In this document: positions 63,170 to 64,000 of the stretch, in pieces
Layout of the letters: every line of letters begins with the position of its first letter
Numbering within the stretch: position 1 is the stretch's first letter
DNA from: Octopus sinensis
Lineage: Eukaryota
Reading direction: 5' to 3'
Assembly (NCBI RefSeq): GCF_006345805.1
Contig: NC_043023.1
Coordinates: 17,794,001 to 17,858,000 of the forward strand
DNA: 64,000 nucleotides
Notes under the pieces: model-generated
The model's database searches: none
What the model saw: only the letters and a program-made list of their open reading frames with translations
Told to the model about the DNA's origin: nothing
Made by a program: the position numbers and the translations under genes

Positions 63170-64000
63170 TCTTGCTGAACGGACTTGCTTATTTGCGCTC
63201 GGGAGGTTTTAATTTTCACTTTCACCAACTTTGTGAATATTTTGGACCTTTTAAGTCTTTAAAACTGAACCTACTTGACAGGGGAAGTTTCTTTGACCGT
63301 ACAAATTCGCCGTTTTGGGGGTGAATCTCAATCTGGAATTCAATCGTGTATTGGTTTAACTTTAAAACACAAACGACCTCCACCCACCAAATTTGGCAGT
63401 ACGAAAGAATGTTTCCCACTCTTCCGTGTCACAAACAAGAAGAAATTAAAATTTTGCAAATGAAAACACGAGCAACACCACATAGACAAGTTTTCAATGC
63501 CACCGCTACCACAACCAGTAACAGAATTGAACCCAGCGAAGAAACTAAGCAAAATAAATGCAACAGTCGCAGTTTCGCCGCTGTCGTGAAAGTCAATCAA
63601 GAGACAACATAAACGTTGGCAATTTACAGAAATATAAATGATCAACACAAAGAAACGGTAGAAATGTCTTATTAACACCACCATCCTTTTGATATTATAG
63701 AAGAACAGTTCGCAAACCTTACTCCTACAAGACTCTAACGATGAAAATAAATGAACAGGCTACAAAGGAAAAGTTGGAAAATGTTTGCAACCAGTCTAGA
63801 ACAAGATCGCATACATGGCAAGGGGAAGAACATATGGCCCTGTCGAAGTGAGGTCCACCACGGAAGACGAAGCAAGGTAACTCCCCACAGTACCTCTAAA
63901 GACAGAGGAACACGTGCTCTTACCGACTTACCTTGGTCGGTGATTTTCCAAAATAAAAATTGGTTAATTACCCCCATAATTCGACATTTTTGGTTAGTGG
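63170..64000 (+). mobile_element. 5' end and ORF1 of a further Tx1-clade LINE, truncated by the window edge
   Basis: Remnants SRSFAAVVK..GPVEV..TTEDEA..TVPLKTEEHVLLPTYLGR. Confidence 0.6.

Overview
AT-rich, microsatellite-dense animal DNA whose SINE, Tx1, Penelope and mariner content looks like an octopus (cephalopod) genome; the species call is inference. The window is mostly transposon-filled intron, but it hides one long minus-strand gene that the ORF track misses because its exons are short. I read six 72-nt phase-2 leucine-rich-repeat (LRR) exons (57082 to 36138), an LRR C-terminal cap exon present twice (24160-23991 and 10388-10219), and two exons for a Ly6/uPAR-like Cys-rich domain (6558-6467, 3662-3479); they splice into one continuous frame. 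Three LRR exons lie in a young ~1.8-kb tandem array and are almost identical except at the codons for the exposed concave-face residues (NFAEN / DLSFN / FLHYN). The two cap-exon copies also differ mainly by amino-acid-changing substitutions. This suggests a diversifying, modular LRR cell-surface receptor. A ~9.4-kb segment is duplicated across a 100-N gap (real duplication or uncollapsed haplotypes). The window also holds several Penelope-like elements with minimal hammerhead ribozyme motifs, plus Tx1, CR1, Dong/R4, Helitron, mariner and hAT elements. No CRISPR array, rRNA or convincing tRNA gene was seen.
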